Positions 26,347 to 38,696 of a stretch of DNA of 64,000 nucleotides are shown piece by piece. Source of the stretch: Octopus sinensis. Taxonomy: Eukaryota. Under the pieces are notes generated by a model that saw only the letters and a program-made list of their open reading frames with translations, searched no databases and was not told where the DNA came from. The stretch is from contig NC_042997.1 in assembly GCF_006345805.1 (NCBI RefSeq), positions 187,736,001 through 187,800,000 of the forward strand, in the 5' to 3' direction. The position numbers and the translations under genes are program-made. Each line of letters starts with the position of its first letter. Position 1 is the stretch's first letter.

Positions 26347-29164
26347 TTGTTCCCAACTCCCGCCCTTCGGACTTCACAGCTCAGCATCGTCTACACCAAC
26401 TCGTGCTCCTTATTCCCAAAGTTCAGTGAACTATTTACACTGGCCATACGTGACTCCCCTGATGTGATAGCTATCACCGAGACTTGGCTGACTCCAGCAG
26501 TAAAGGACTCAGAAATCCACCTGCAGAGCTACGTCCTTTTCAGATGTGACAGAGGAAAAAGGCGAGGTGGAGGTGTTGCTGTGTATGTTAAGCCTGAGCA
26601 CAAACCGTCCTGCGGTATTCTACCCACAAATGCTCAACCTACAACCAAATTCGATGCCATCTATTGCAAGCTGAGCCTGTCTGAGTTTTGCCTGCCCGTG
26701 TTGGCTGTCTACAGGCCGCCTCTGGCCGACCCCCAGGGCGATGCTCATCTACTCGAAGCGATAAGATTCGTTTCAGCTTCGCATGACTGCTTGGTACTAG
26801 GCGACTTCAACGCTCCCACGATCGATTGGCCCGCATCAATTTGTGCAACATCTTCCCGGTTCGGCCAGGCCCTTCTTGACGTGGCTGAAGATTGTTTTCT
26901 ATCGCAACATGTTGAATATCCGACAAGGCATCGGTCTGGGCAGCAGCCATCTATGCTAGATCTGGTATTCTCCCGCTATCCAAGATCAGTGTCAGACGTA
27001 TCTGTGTGCGCCCCTCTTGCCAAGAGTGATCATGCGGTCCTGAAGTTCGTCATGCACACAACTTTTTCCACGCCCACGATTACTTCGCTGCCACGTAGTC
27101 TTCTCTGCAATTAATCTTGAAATTCTAACCGAGGCTTCCGCGCTTCTGGACTGGCGATCCCTGATGACGTTGTCCTCAGTTGACGAACTATGGTCATCCC
27201 TCAAAGCATATGTAATCTGTTTGACTGACCAGGCAGTTCCCGTTGGGCTTCCCAAGAGGAAGAAACACAAGCCCTGGGTGACGAAGAAGGTTAAACGAGA
27301 ACGTCGACTCAGAGATATTGCTTGGGCTGAATTCAAAAATCTGGATTCGACTGCAGCTTTTGAGGTGTACAAAACTCAACGAGACCGAGCCGTGAAAATT
27401 GAAAAGAAAGAACGCTTCAGTTATGAATACAAAATCGCGGCAAATGCCAGTAGCAATCCAAAAACCTTCTTTGCCCATGTCCAGCGGAATTCCCGCTTGA
27501 ACAACCAGATTGCAACGTTGGTAGACTCAACAGGCGTATCGATTGAGGACCCTTATCAACAGAGTCAATTATTTGCCGAGGCTTTTTCAACTATTTTCAA
27601 ACAAGATGATGGTCGTGAACCCCCTCCATTTGATAGATCGGTACCTCCAATGCTTCGATTGATCATCACGCGGGACGAAGTCAAACGTGTTATTCAAGGC
27701 CTCGATGTCAACAAGGGTCACCGCCCTGACGGCATACACCCACGGGTTATCAAAGCGTTGGCTCCGGTCATCTGCGAGCCCTTAACACGACTATTCAATA
27801 TGTCATTGACGACGGGTGTTATACCTGCAGACTGGAGAACAGCGATAATCTGCCCAATTTTCAAGAAAGGGAGCCGCGAAGACCCGCTTAACTACCGACC
27901 GGTTTCCCTTACATCAATAATCAGCAAGATGTTCGAAACCATCCTTAAGAAAAGTATGATGCTCCACCTCCTAAACACAGCCTCGATCACTGATTCCCAA
28001 CACGGCTTCGTGCCGAAGAGATCATGCTTGACCAACTTACTAGTAATGGAAGAATTGGTGACGCGCATCCTCGATGATAGTGATGCTGTTGACATCGTTT
28101 TATTGGACTTTGCCAAAGCTTTTGACTCGGTAAACCACCGCCTACTACTTGTCAAGCTTCAAGCATATAGTTTCCATCCGGATATTGTATGATGGGTTGG
28201 TGCCTTCCTCTCAGATCGCTCCTTCCAAGTTTAAGTTAATGGTTCGCGGTCCGACGCCTCCAGTGCGAGCAGTGGCGTGCCTCAATGTTCAGTGCTTGGG
28301 CCCTTGTTGTTCTTAGTCTTCATAAATGACTTGCCCGACGACCTCACGCAACACACCCTTCTATTTGCCGACGATATCAAACTGGTCGCTCCTCGCGGTA
28401 GTATAGAGGATCTTCGTCGATGCCTCTACCAAATTTGGAAGTGGTCTAACGATTGGGACCTGTGTCTGAACGTGTCAAAGTGCTGTCATCTGCCTGTCGG
28501 CTCTACTCCTGCAACTCAACTTGATTTCGAGCCGGGTCGTCTGCTGCTGGAGAGGACCGATCAGGTAAAGGACCTGGGTATCTTGGTGGATTCCTCCTTT
28601 TCGCCTTCGGCCCAGTGCGTCCATGCTGCCAACAAAGCGCGCGTTATTCTGTTTTTGATTCGACGGTCATTCGGAATGCTCACAGCAGCCATATTCCTGC
28701 CACTCTATGTCACGCTGGTGAGACCCATATTGGAGTATGGGATTCAAGCCTCTTCTCCTTATCTCCTCAAAGACATACAGCATCTCGAAAGAGTCCAGAG
28801 GCTGGCTACCCGCATGGTTCATGGTCTCAAAAATTTGTCCTACGAAGAAAGGCTGAGGACGCTCGACCTTTATTCTCTTGAAAAACGCCGCCGCCGTGGT
28901 GATCTCATTCTCGCCCACAACATCATAAGCGGGAAGTGTAACCTCTCGAAAGAGCTGTTCTTCACTTCTGCTCCGGAGCGTCGGCTGCGGGGTCATTCCG
29001 AAAAGCTCTACCTGCGACGATTTCATCTCAATCGAAGGAGAGGAGCTTTCTCCGTCCGGGTTGCGGATCCGTGGAACAAGCTGCCAGACGAGATGGTGAA
29101 GATGCCGACGACCGCTTTGTTCAAAGCCTCCCTGGACCTCAAGTGGCCTGAACTCTTTACATGA
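26347..29164 (+). pseudogene. LINE ORF2: apurinic endonuclease plus reverse transcriptase, with 1 frameshift and 2 nonsense codons
   Basis: APE motifs YTNSCSL, AITETWL, VYRPP, GDFNAP, LDLV and SDH. RT motifs YRPVSLTS, QHGFVPKRSCLTNLL, LDFAKAFDSVNH, GVPQCSVLGPLLF, LFADD and KDLG. Frameshift near 27100; in-frame TGA at 28190-28192 and TAA near 28230. Confidence 0.95.
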
Positions 29165-29504
29165 ACACCACCCTGTACTTAACTCCATGTCCCCCTACAT
29201 GGCCTTGCTATTTGCTTTTGAGCCAAATTAACTAACTAACTAACTAACTATCCACGAACACATTGCTTGAATAGCTACTATTTTTCTATCTTCAATCGCA
29301 TTGTTTACGTAGACGTATTCGTATATGAAACTTTGAAACTTTCAGTGGTGGCTCTAAATTCTATAGCATATCTGTAGAGTTAATTTTAAAGTGATTGAAT
29401 CGCACTGCTAAGGCAAAGAGGTAGGACACAGTATTGACTTATAAGCTTTTAATATACTTGGTAGCATGTTATGGTTGGTAAACTAAATACAGTGTCCCTA
29501 CAAG

Positions 29505-29700
29505 TGATATATATTGTTGTATTTCAGGTTGGTCATTTTTTTTTTTTTTGCCAAATAAACACACGCACTTTATATTCGTACCTCACTCGTTTATTACTGT
29601 TTTTATTCTAACTCATGTCCATTGTCCGGAAATCTTTCGTCACACATCTGTAACCTCTTCAGCGACACTTTCTGTCTTCGTGTGTGCTCTTGCTCCACTT
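29505..29700 (-). mobile_element. Solo Penelope-like terminal repeat fragment carrying a hammerhead motif
   Basis: Homologous to 22215-22380 (ATATTGTTGTATTT..GGTCAT..GCCAA..AAACACACGCACT..TCACTCG). Complete CTGAAGA..GAAA core on the minus strand. Confidence 0.65.
29623..29668 (-). ncRNA. Type I minimal hammerhead ribozyme motif
   Basis: Minus strand reads TCG-CTGAAGA-G-GTTAC-AGATGT-GTGAC-GAAA-GATT-TC-CGG: intact core, stem II with one G-U pair, UC cleavage triplet, short stem I. Confidence 0.6.
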
Positions 29701-30544
29701 ATTTCATTCTGTTCTTCTATAATGTTTATCTTTATATGTGCATACGTTTGTGTCCGTGTTCGTGTCTGAGTGTACGTGTGTGCGCGCGCGCGAGTCATTG
29801 TTCTTAGTAGCACTAAGACCTTTCCATCAGCCACCCCGTCCCCCGTTGTCGCTGCTTCTGTCCTAGGACCCGAAATTTGGTACAGTTCCTGTATCCCTCT
29901 GTGTTTGAGTGTTCGCCCACGTTGCTGCCATCGTGGCAGTTGTTCTCATTGTTGTCACCGCCGTTGTCGTTGTTAGTCGCGTTGTTGATACTGTTGCGGC
30001 CGTCTGTGAAATTACTGTATGTGTGTTTGTGTGTATATGGGTTCGCATAATCGACTTACTCTCTCCCCTAAAATTGCTGGCCTTGTGCCAAAATTATTAT
30101 TATTATTATATCTTACCTTTCAATCTAGAGCATCATAATTTCCCCAAGTAAGATATATTTCGTTAGCATTATTTGTATTAACTTGCTATTTTTCTGTTTA
30201 CATAACCCTTCTTTTTCGGAGATCTCCAGGTGTTCTGAACCTATAATTTACTATTTCCTCACCTGTCTTAAATTTCGCTTGCCTGAGCTTCTTATATTAG
30301 GTTTAAATACTCTTAACATTTTCCCATCGTTGTATTTTGCAGTGAAACTTTTTGTTTTATCTTTATATTTTCTCTCATCCTTTAATTTTATAATTAACTA
30401 TTATCCTTATATAATATGAATGTCACTAATTAGTCACATAACACCGATTATTTTAAATTTTAATCAAGTCTCATAATTTCACTCCATCGTTCTCATGCTT
30501 CCGACCAATCGTTTGTCTTCTTTTTGAAACGTATCTCTGTTAAT

Positions 30545-30925
30545 GTGGTTGCTGCTGTTGCTGTTGAGCGTAGCGGTCTTCGTCCTTGTGGGAGAAGTCC
30601 GAAACGTGATCCTTTGCTATTCGTAAGACCCGCAGAAGAGAAACCAGGTCAACCTCCGACACCGAGAGCATCGACGGATGGATGAATGCGCATCCAGGCT
30701 CAGTGGTTGCGTAGGAAGTCGGGGACAAGAAACAGGAAGAAAGAGTGAGAGAAAGTTGGAGCGAAAGAGTACAACAGGGGTCACCACTACCCCCTGCCGG
30801 AGCCTCGTGGAGCTTTAGGTGTTTTCGCTCAATAAACACACACAACGCTCTGTCTGGGAATCGAAACCGCGATCCTCCGACCACAAGTCAGCTGCCTTAA
30901 CCATTGGGCCATTGCGCCTCCACTG
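30545..30925 (-). mobile_element. Type-B-related SINE with an alternative 3' module ending in (CAG/CAA)n
   Basis: The head and about 140 nt of body align with the 5983 copy. The 3' about 180 nt are unrelated to it. Confidence 0.75.
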
Positions 30926-31473
30926 TGGTCGCTGCTCCAAGAAACTAACGCAAGACTATTTTCATTTCACCTGTAACAGTTACCCCCATTAACCTAATGT
31001 CGATAACTTCGAAGCTGTGGAGATGAAGGTAAATTATTCCTTCTATTCTTCACTGGAGTGTAATGAAAACATCCCACTAAACATACACCCACATATTTAG
31101 TGTGCACATGTACACATTGCTAGATGACTACCGACTCCCTTGAGTTCATCCTATCTTTGGCAGGTTTGTTTTCTATCCTGCAAAGTATTTTAAATCACTG
31201 TTCTCATGAAGCAAGCTTGGTGGGGTGGCCAGTTTAGTTATTGGTGACCCGACATAGCAACTTGTAATCAGTTACAAGTTATCGGTAGCGTTCTGATGTG
31301 CGTGTAGCTCTTTCTCATTTGAAAAGAAATATTTTTAAAAAACTTGCGCTAGTCTAGCATCTGTGTCTCAAAAATGAAAGATTCATATAAAAATAGGATT
31401 TATTATTTCCATTCATTCCTATATCTCAAGCATGCATTTGATTCATTCAGCAAATACCAATAATACACATACG

Positions 31474-31568
<95 letters not shown>

Positions 31569-32299
31569 CGCGCAGAACTTCCGTCCTGTTGTAACAGTGT
31601 ATCCCCTACATGATAGATTGCAAGATTCTGAAAGATGGTCATAGAATGTTCTTCAGCTATTTTACGAAAGAGCTATTTGTCACCGGCATTGAAATTCTTG
31701 TTTCATTTTAGTTGTTTTTTTTAAACATATTAACCTTATAACTACAACATCACATTAATTTTCTCTCTTATTTTTTCATTAAAATACAGTTCGTGCTTCA
31801 ATTTTCTCCCCTTTTTTCGTTTTGACATTTGAAAGCATTATCCTGTTAATGGCATTTGGAAATATTATCGTCTGCTAATGCTGTGAAGTTTTCCATAGTT
31901 TACTTCACAGTTCTGAAATAGTCTCTTTGTACAACTTAATTTTTGTTTTATGTTATGTTCACGGGCATTTTGCTTTTGTCCTTTTGAAGCTATTTCTTTA
32001 TGCTTTAAATGAATTGTCCTAGAATGGATAGATGAAAAGCAAATGCTAATCACAACGTGACATTTAGATTATGTGATACCTTGCAAGATGAAATAAACTG
32101 TATCATCAGTTCTTATATAACCTAACCAGTAGGCTATTGTGCCATATCATTCGAAATAAAGGGCATAAAAATATACAATATGTGTATCATATGCGGAAAG
32201 AGGGAATATAGGGACGATAATTATAAGTACCATATATACAGGCGAAGAAAAAATATTTGGGGGGTGTTTTCCACCCACTATCCTAACAATACTCTTACC

Positions 32300-33870
32300 T
32301 AGATACGATCTGCTCCATGCCCACACTGGCACTTCAGGTAAATCCAATTGGCACCTGGTATACAGCTGGAAATTTCTGGGTAAGCTTCGATGATTTTGCA
32401 CCCACTTCTGTTATGTACTAGTTCCACACAGTCGTTCCGTGCGTCCAAAATATAGTTCCAGTCGCCCACTAATATTAAAGAGTGAGACGTTCCCATGAAT
32501 GTTTTTAGACGCCTGAAAAAATCTGGCCTTCCAGCCCCTGTCAGAACATAAGGGCTACCAATATAAAGGCGTCACAACTTCGCTACCGTTCACGTCCAGG
32601 ACCACCAATTTATCGTCTGGATCCCAAAAGTTTGCCCGTACTGTGTACACTCTAGAAATCCTCGTCTCGCTGATGGCTACCACATTCTATGTAAAGTGAC
32701 TTGAGATCGTTGAGCAAGTGACCTTGCTTCCAAGCTGAGGTCAGCTTGGAAGCGCACACACCACTCTTAGTACAGCTATGTTTGTCAGAGAATGAAAAGG
32801 AGAGATCACTCACTTTGATCTTCGAGAAGTTTGGGTGTTCCGGACCTCTCTTTGGTCGAATGTTTTCTAAAAGGATCTTCGAAAGTCATTGTTTATAGAA
32901 TTTTTTAAAATCCCCACACTAGCCGGGAACTTTCTCAGAATTGTTTTGTACGTCTGATGACATTATTATTAGCCTGTTCTTTGATGTTTTGAGGATTTCA
33001 TCCTCAAATTCTTTCCTCTCTGTCTCAATTTTCTTTTTATTATGGTTTAATATTTCATCAACTCACTGTTGTTTTTGTTTACAACAGTGAAATTGATAGA
33101 GACTTTATGTAGTTTAAGTTGCTTTGTTGTTTTCCAGTTTCAGCTTTGGTTGTTGTTTGTGAGTTTTCATTTTGTTTTTGTTGATGTTAGTCTTTGTTGT
33201 TGGAGTGGTTGCAAATTGGGCTGTAGTTGTGGTTTGTGTTTGTCGTTTTTGTTGTATCCTCGTTTTGGGGCTCCGTACCCTCCTCCTCTTTCGAGTTCCC
33301 CCTTTGGAGACTATTTCCCATGATTCGACCCGTTCTTCTTTTTCCATCTCATTCTCCAAGTGGGAGATGCAGATATCTGGTCGAAACATGTCTTTCTGAG
33401 TCATTGTTGCTATTGTTGGTTTGAGGAGCAGAGAGAGTTCGAGTGGAACTTACTCTTCCATGGGAGAAAATTTTGATTTCGATTTAGGTGTCCTCAAGCT
33501 GGTTTACATGATGTTGATATTGGTGTAGATGTGGTTGTGGTGTTGGCAACTGGTGGTTTAGCTCCCTTTAACTGGAAGTAGAAAGCCTTTGATGAACAGT
33601 ACTCCAACATTTTGCTTTTCCGACCTCTACCACCACTCTTATGGGCTCCGCGCCATCCAAATAAATACCGTCAGGGATCTTGCAGGAATTTCTTTTGCAG
33701 CGAGCAACATTTTCACTTCTACTCTGACGACCGACCAGTTTTTTTTTTTTTTTTTTTTTTTTTGGTATCGATTTCACGGTGACTATATCACCATATCCGT
33801 CTAGTATCATCCTGAAATATCGCATGCTTAGTTCTGGAGGCACTTTCGTAAATGTAACTTTATTCACATG
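32300..33870 (-). mobile_element. Decayed Tx1/L1-type LINE 5' fragment (ORF1 with Zn-knuckle region plus start of APE)
   Basis: ORF1-like VTFTKVPPELS..ILDGYGDIV..IPDGIYLDGAEPIRVVVE.G.KAKCWS. The downstream APE-like pieces read LNDLKSL..VAISETR and LILVGDWNYILD. Confidence 0.65.
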
Positions 33871-34819
33871 TCTCCCCAGATGAAATTAAAATATGTTCTA
33901 CTCGCTATGGCATATTGTGACTAGTGATCGAAACTCCTTCCCTCTTCTTACATGCCAAATCGACCATCTAGCCCTAGACATCTTTCAGGCATTTTCAGCT
34001 TGTACTAGGGTGGTGGGTGGTGGGTGGTGGCTTCGATGCTTTCTTTGATAAATGTTTAATTTTTCAGTTCGTCCTCAAACTTGTTGTTTTGTTTTGCTGG
34101 TAGAAGTGAAAGTAGTTTTGATGTTTGCTTTGGTAAAATCATCGAAACAATAAGACTACCCGTATTTTTCTTTTGATCTGTGGAACTTGAAAAATGTAAT
34201 AAATTTATAATGTTCAAATAGTCTCCTTGTTTCAATATGTCCAAACTCATCTTGTGTGACTACCTCCAATTAGGAACACGATTTAAAAAATTTTTTAGCT
34301 CTGTTCTGATTGTTTTTCCGAGCGACTGATAGAGAAGCTGTTGCATTCATTTTTTTCTTGTCGTACCAGTTAGTTTTCAGATACGGTATAACTAATATTC
34401 CGTTATTCAATGAGTCCTTTACTTTTTGCTGGGTTTATTCCCACTCAGTAGAGTGAAATTTGAGATTTATATGTCCTTTCTAGCAGGCCATAGGATAACA
34501 TAGTAGAGTTATCTTCGCTGATGCCACTGTCATTCTGTTGTTACTGGAATAGAAAACTCTAGAAAGCAGGCCTACAACATGGATATGGCTAGTAAAGTGA
34601 CGCTTTCATCAAATTGTCAACCCAACATTAGATAAAGAGGAAACGAGTAAAATTTTATCTCTTCTTTCCTGAAAGAGAAAAGAGACGACAGATTTTCACT
34701 TTCTTGGCCACTGATTTTCAGATAACAGGAATGATTGAGCGCCACACGATACGAAATAATTTTATCTACTAAAGCCTAAAGAGTTCAATGAACGATGAGA
34801 AAATTAAATATAATTATTG

Positions 34820-35120
34820 TTTGTTCCTTCTCGAGCCACGCCTGGCTCATAAGGGCCGGTTTCCCGGTTTCCTTGACGTATAGGTTCCCCACCTGGATGG
34901 GACGCCGGTCCGTCGCAGGTGAGCTGCAAGATGCAAGAGGAAAGAGTGAGAGAAAGTTTGGTGAAAGAGTCAGAAGAAGTTCGCCATTACCTTCTGTCTG
35001 TGCCACGTGGAGCTTAGGTGTTTCGCTCATAAACACACACATCACCCGGTCTGAGATTCGAACCTGCTATCCCTCGACCGCGAGTCCACTGCTCTAACCA
35101 CTAGGCCATGTGCCTCCACT
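34820..35120 (-). mobile_element. Type-B tRNA-derived SINE
   Basis: Reverse complement of the 5983-6272 copy at high identity. Confidence 0.88.
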
Positions 35121-36146
35121 AAATATAATTAATTTATGTAAATTACTTAGTTTAGGGCAAGAAATTTACTGTACAGAAGATATCTAGAATTCTGAATTCA
35201 CATAAATTTTTACATAAAACTATATAGAGAAGTTAGGGAAATATTGCATACAAGTTTAAAAATGAAACTATTTATGATTGTTTCATGGCGTAGCAGTCCC
35301 AATTGTAATACCCTTAAAATTTAAAACTGAATCATTCTTAAAGTTTCTTCTAAGTCATATATTTCTCCCAATGAAAACACCGACTCATAAACCTAAATTT
35401 GGTGTAAATCCGTGTCTTATTTTGGATACCTTCTCACAATACCCAGTCAACAGAGATCTCGTAATTGTACCAACGTTATGAGCTGTTTCAACATAGTGAC
35501 AAAGAAAAATTTCTACAAAGCGCATGTTGGTGTTTAGCTCTGAAATCAGCGGCGTTAGGTGAATAAGTTAATATCTCCGTGGATATGACGCCAACTTTCA
35601 GGCAACTACTTGTAATGAGATAATAGATTTAGATATCTACTCCAGAGATACAACAATACGTCTGCATCGAAAAAAAGAGGCGTAGCCAGGTTCTAAAGTC
35701 AGGAGGAGCGAGCAGATCAAAAACAAAAAGCGACGTGACACATACCAAACAATTTTTAACACATTTCTTTTATATCACGTGAAATATTTCATTAGTTATA
35801 ATATATGTAGTTGTATTCTACATTCATTAATTTCAGGTTTCAGTAATAATTTCATTATGCATGAAGCTTACAACTACTGATATAGGTGTGACATGAAAAA
35901 GATGAAACTCTACGAGGTCGTCTAGTGTCGAGAGATTATGACGTTAGGATTTGTTTCAGTTCTTCGGAAGTCAGCAGCCACCAACACATCACAAATTTGA
36001 GCAGACACTTCAAAAACACGGAAGGTTGGTCAAATAAAGTAATGACTCCAGAAAGTTCTTCTAATGCCATGCGATTAGCGAGAAAAAATATATATTCAAC
36101 TTTTATCGCACAAGTGAACTAAATAGTTTTTTTTTTAAATTGTTGA

Positions 36147-37084
36147 AAAGGGGCCAATTTTGAAAAATGTTCTCGTGAGGAGCGTCGCTCGGATCTTTGT
36201 GGTTTTCGTCACTGTCTACAATTTTGTTCCAACTGTTTTCAAATTTGGTATATCGATTAAGTTTTGTATACAAATTATGAAAATGAAATTCATTTTTCCT
36301 ATAAATCCATAATTAAAAAGTTACTAGCCTTTAAAATTTGCAAAATTTGGGTAATTCAGCCAATCTGAAGCGAGTATTTTACACATCACCGTAGCGAAGA
36401 CCTTTGTTTCCATAGTAACCATAGATGCTGTGCATGGCATGCGCACAAGGAGAGTAACCACCACGTGTTATAATTGTTTGTTTTCATAACAGATGGGACT
36501 CACACTACAACAAATTGAAAGTACCTGATCATCTTTAAAGTGTGGAAGCAAACAGCGGTGTGGGACACACCGTTCCATGGTTGACTCTTACCTTTGTGAA
36601 TTTATGTGGAGAAAGAGATATGAGAAAGATAATTTATTTTATAAAATCCTAGAATGTATTGCAAACTTTCTTTCTTCAATATTTTTAACTAATATCTGTT
36701 TTAAGTAATGTTTTGACTGTTATTTCTAGCAACTCCTGTTGGCTTGTTCGTAACTTTTAAATATTTAATTTGCTTGCAAATGTTTTAATGTTTTTTCCGT
36801 TTACTGTAGCTAGTTTAATATTTTGACATACCGGTGTCCCCACCACCACCACCATACGTGCTGTTTTCTGATCGGCTGAAAATTATCAAACTTTGAAAAT
36901 CTGTAACATTTTCGCAAAAGATTTTGGGGATAAATGAATAACAAATTCGGATTCAGCGTCAAAAATTACATCTATATGATACATTATAATTTTTTTTTTT
37001 TTTTTAGATTTCGACAAGCAGTGACGAAAACTACAAAGATCCCGCCGCTCCCCTTGCCCTCCTATCGCAAAATGAGCCCCCTTT
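36147..37084. mobile_element. Non-autonomous TIR DNA transposon (Kolobok-like)
   Basis: The left end AAGGGGCCAATTTTG..GGATCTTTGTGGTTTTCGTCACTG (36147-36214) is an imperfect inverted copy of the right end CAGTGACGAAAACTACAAAGATCC..CAAAATGAGCCCCCTT-TAA (37018-37084). A TTAA flank plus an AGGGG terminus is typical of Kolobok. Confidence 0.55.
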
Positions 37085-38569
37085 AATTTTGCTCAGATTG
37101 CTTTCAATTTAAGTATATCGATGCAACTCTGAATTTTGATTACGATCAACCAATTGCTTTATCTCGTATTTGGACTCAGAATTTAACTATATTTATTTAA
37201 TTTTTTTGTTTATTTATACTGATATTTTAAAAGTTACAAGGTCTCTGCCAAAATATCTGTTATTACAACAGTAGCATGTTTTGCTTAGAAAACTACATTT
37301 TATGTATATGAAAGGAAAATATGTCTTTTGCAAGAGCATCATATTACCACATGCAAAAGTATTGTTTTTAATGCTATGTTTTATTGTCAGATGCACATTT
37401 TGTCAGATGCACATCATTTAAAAATTGATTATCTATTACTTAGCATCATAAGTGGAATATAAACCCCCTAAGATCTAGTCACAATGATTTACATAAAGCA
37501 ATAACACGACACTGACTACTATATGGATTCTACATAAGATTATACCTTTATGAACTATTAAAAAATTTCTTGTTGAAATATTTCTAGAAATTTTTTTTTT
37601 CGTTTGTTCTTGTGAGTCTTTTCTTCTGTCTTTCTTTCGTCATTTAGCAAATAAAAGCCGACCTTACGCTTTATCAATTATATTAAATGTCAGCATCTCT
37701 AAAATATGGATCAACTTAAGCGAAATCTTTCCGTAGCAGACTTGTTTATTTAGTGTATGATATTGTTCGAAATTCCAACTCTTCTTCCGCAATGCGAGCG
37801 AATGAATTATATTGAATCAATTGCCTAGCAACAAGCATCACTAAAATCAGTTACCCTCTTCCTCTACCTTATATTATACGTGCGCGCGTGTGTGTGTGAA
37901 TGAATGAGCGCGTGCGTATGAGCCGTTCTACATGTACGAGTAAACCTCTGCAGACATGTGCGTGTAATTATCGCTGTGTGTGTGTGTGTAGCGCGGACGG
38001 GTTTACGAGCATGTAGGCTTCGTTTCTGGTCACTGTCAGAGTAAGAATATCAATAATTCATTTCACTTTATACGATTCCTCTATTCAAGGTCCCAGTGAG
38101 ATGAAACAGATCAGGATCGACCCACTCTCCCTATCCGTACTTGCCGCGCATCGATTTGTTCGTAGTCAGTAAATTCGCACGCTATATGACAGTGGATATT
38201 TGAAGCAGCAGTCATGTTAATTGGCTGCCGGTCGCTTTACTATAAAATACACCTAGTATCTGATTTATTCGTAACTAATTCCGGGAAAATCAAGGGGGGA
38301 AAAAAAAAAGAGAAAACCTTTCGTTCTTGTTTCCTAGCAACCAGTTTCTGCTAAACAAAATATAGATTCGTCTGTGCAAGCGTGCACACGCACGCACATA
38401 CACACACGTGCACACACACACACGTCTGTGAACATATGGGAGCGTACATTTTTTTCAAAATTATCCATTTGTCGAAAGCGAAGTGATGGGAATTGGACTA
38501 CATATCCTTCGCTTGCTGCAATGTTTTTCAAGACCAATTTAATGCATAGATGTTTTTAAAACCGAAAAT

Positions 38570-38629
38570 GTGTGTGTGTGTGTGTGTGGTGTGTGTGTGT
38601 GTGGTGTGTGTGTGTGTGTGGTGTGTGTG

Positions 38630-38695
<66 letters not shown>

Positions 38696-38696
38696 A
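38570..38696. repeat. (GT)n/(GTGC)n compound microsatellite
   Basis: Directly visible. Confidence 0.95.

Larger units (their letters stand above)
24790..29250 (+). mobile_element. Near full-length CR1/L2-group LINE (ORF1 + APE/RT ORF2 + 3' stem-loop + (ACTA)n tail)
   Basis: Two ORFs are followed by a short 3' UTR with the stem-loop CCATGT-CCCCCT-ACATGG and (AACT)n at about 29229-29250. It is clearly more GC-rich than its flanks. The 5' boundary and TSD are not resolved. Confidence 0.95.

Noticed and set aside
27194-29188. Antisense ORFs within LINE ORF2 (up to 173 aa)
   Set aside because: These are shadow ORFs of a GC-richer coding sequence with no independent evidence.
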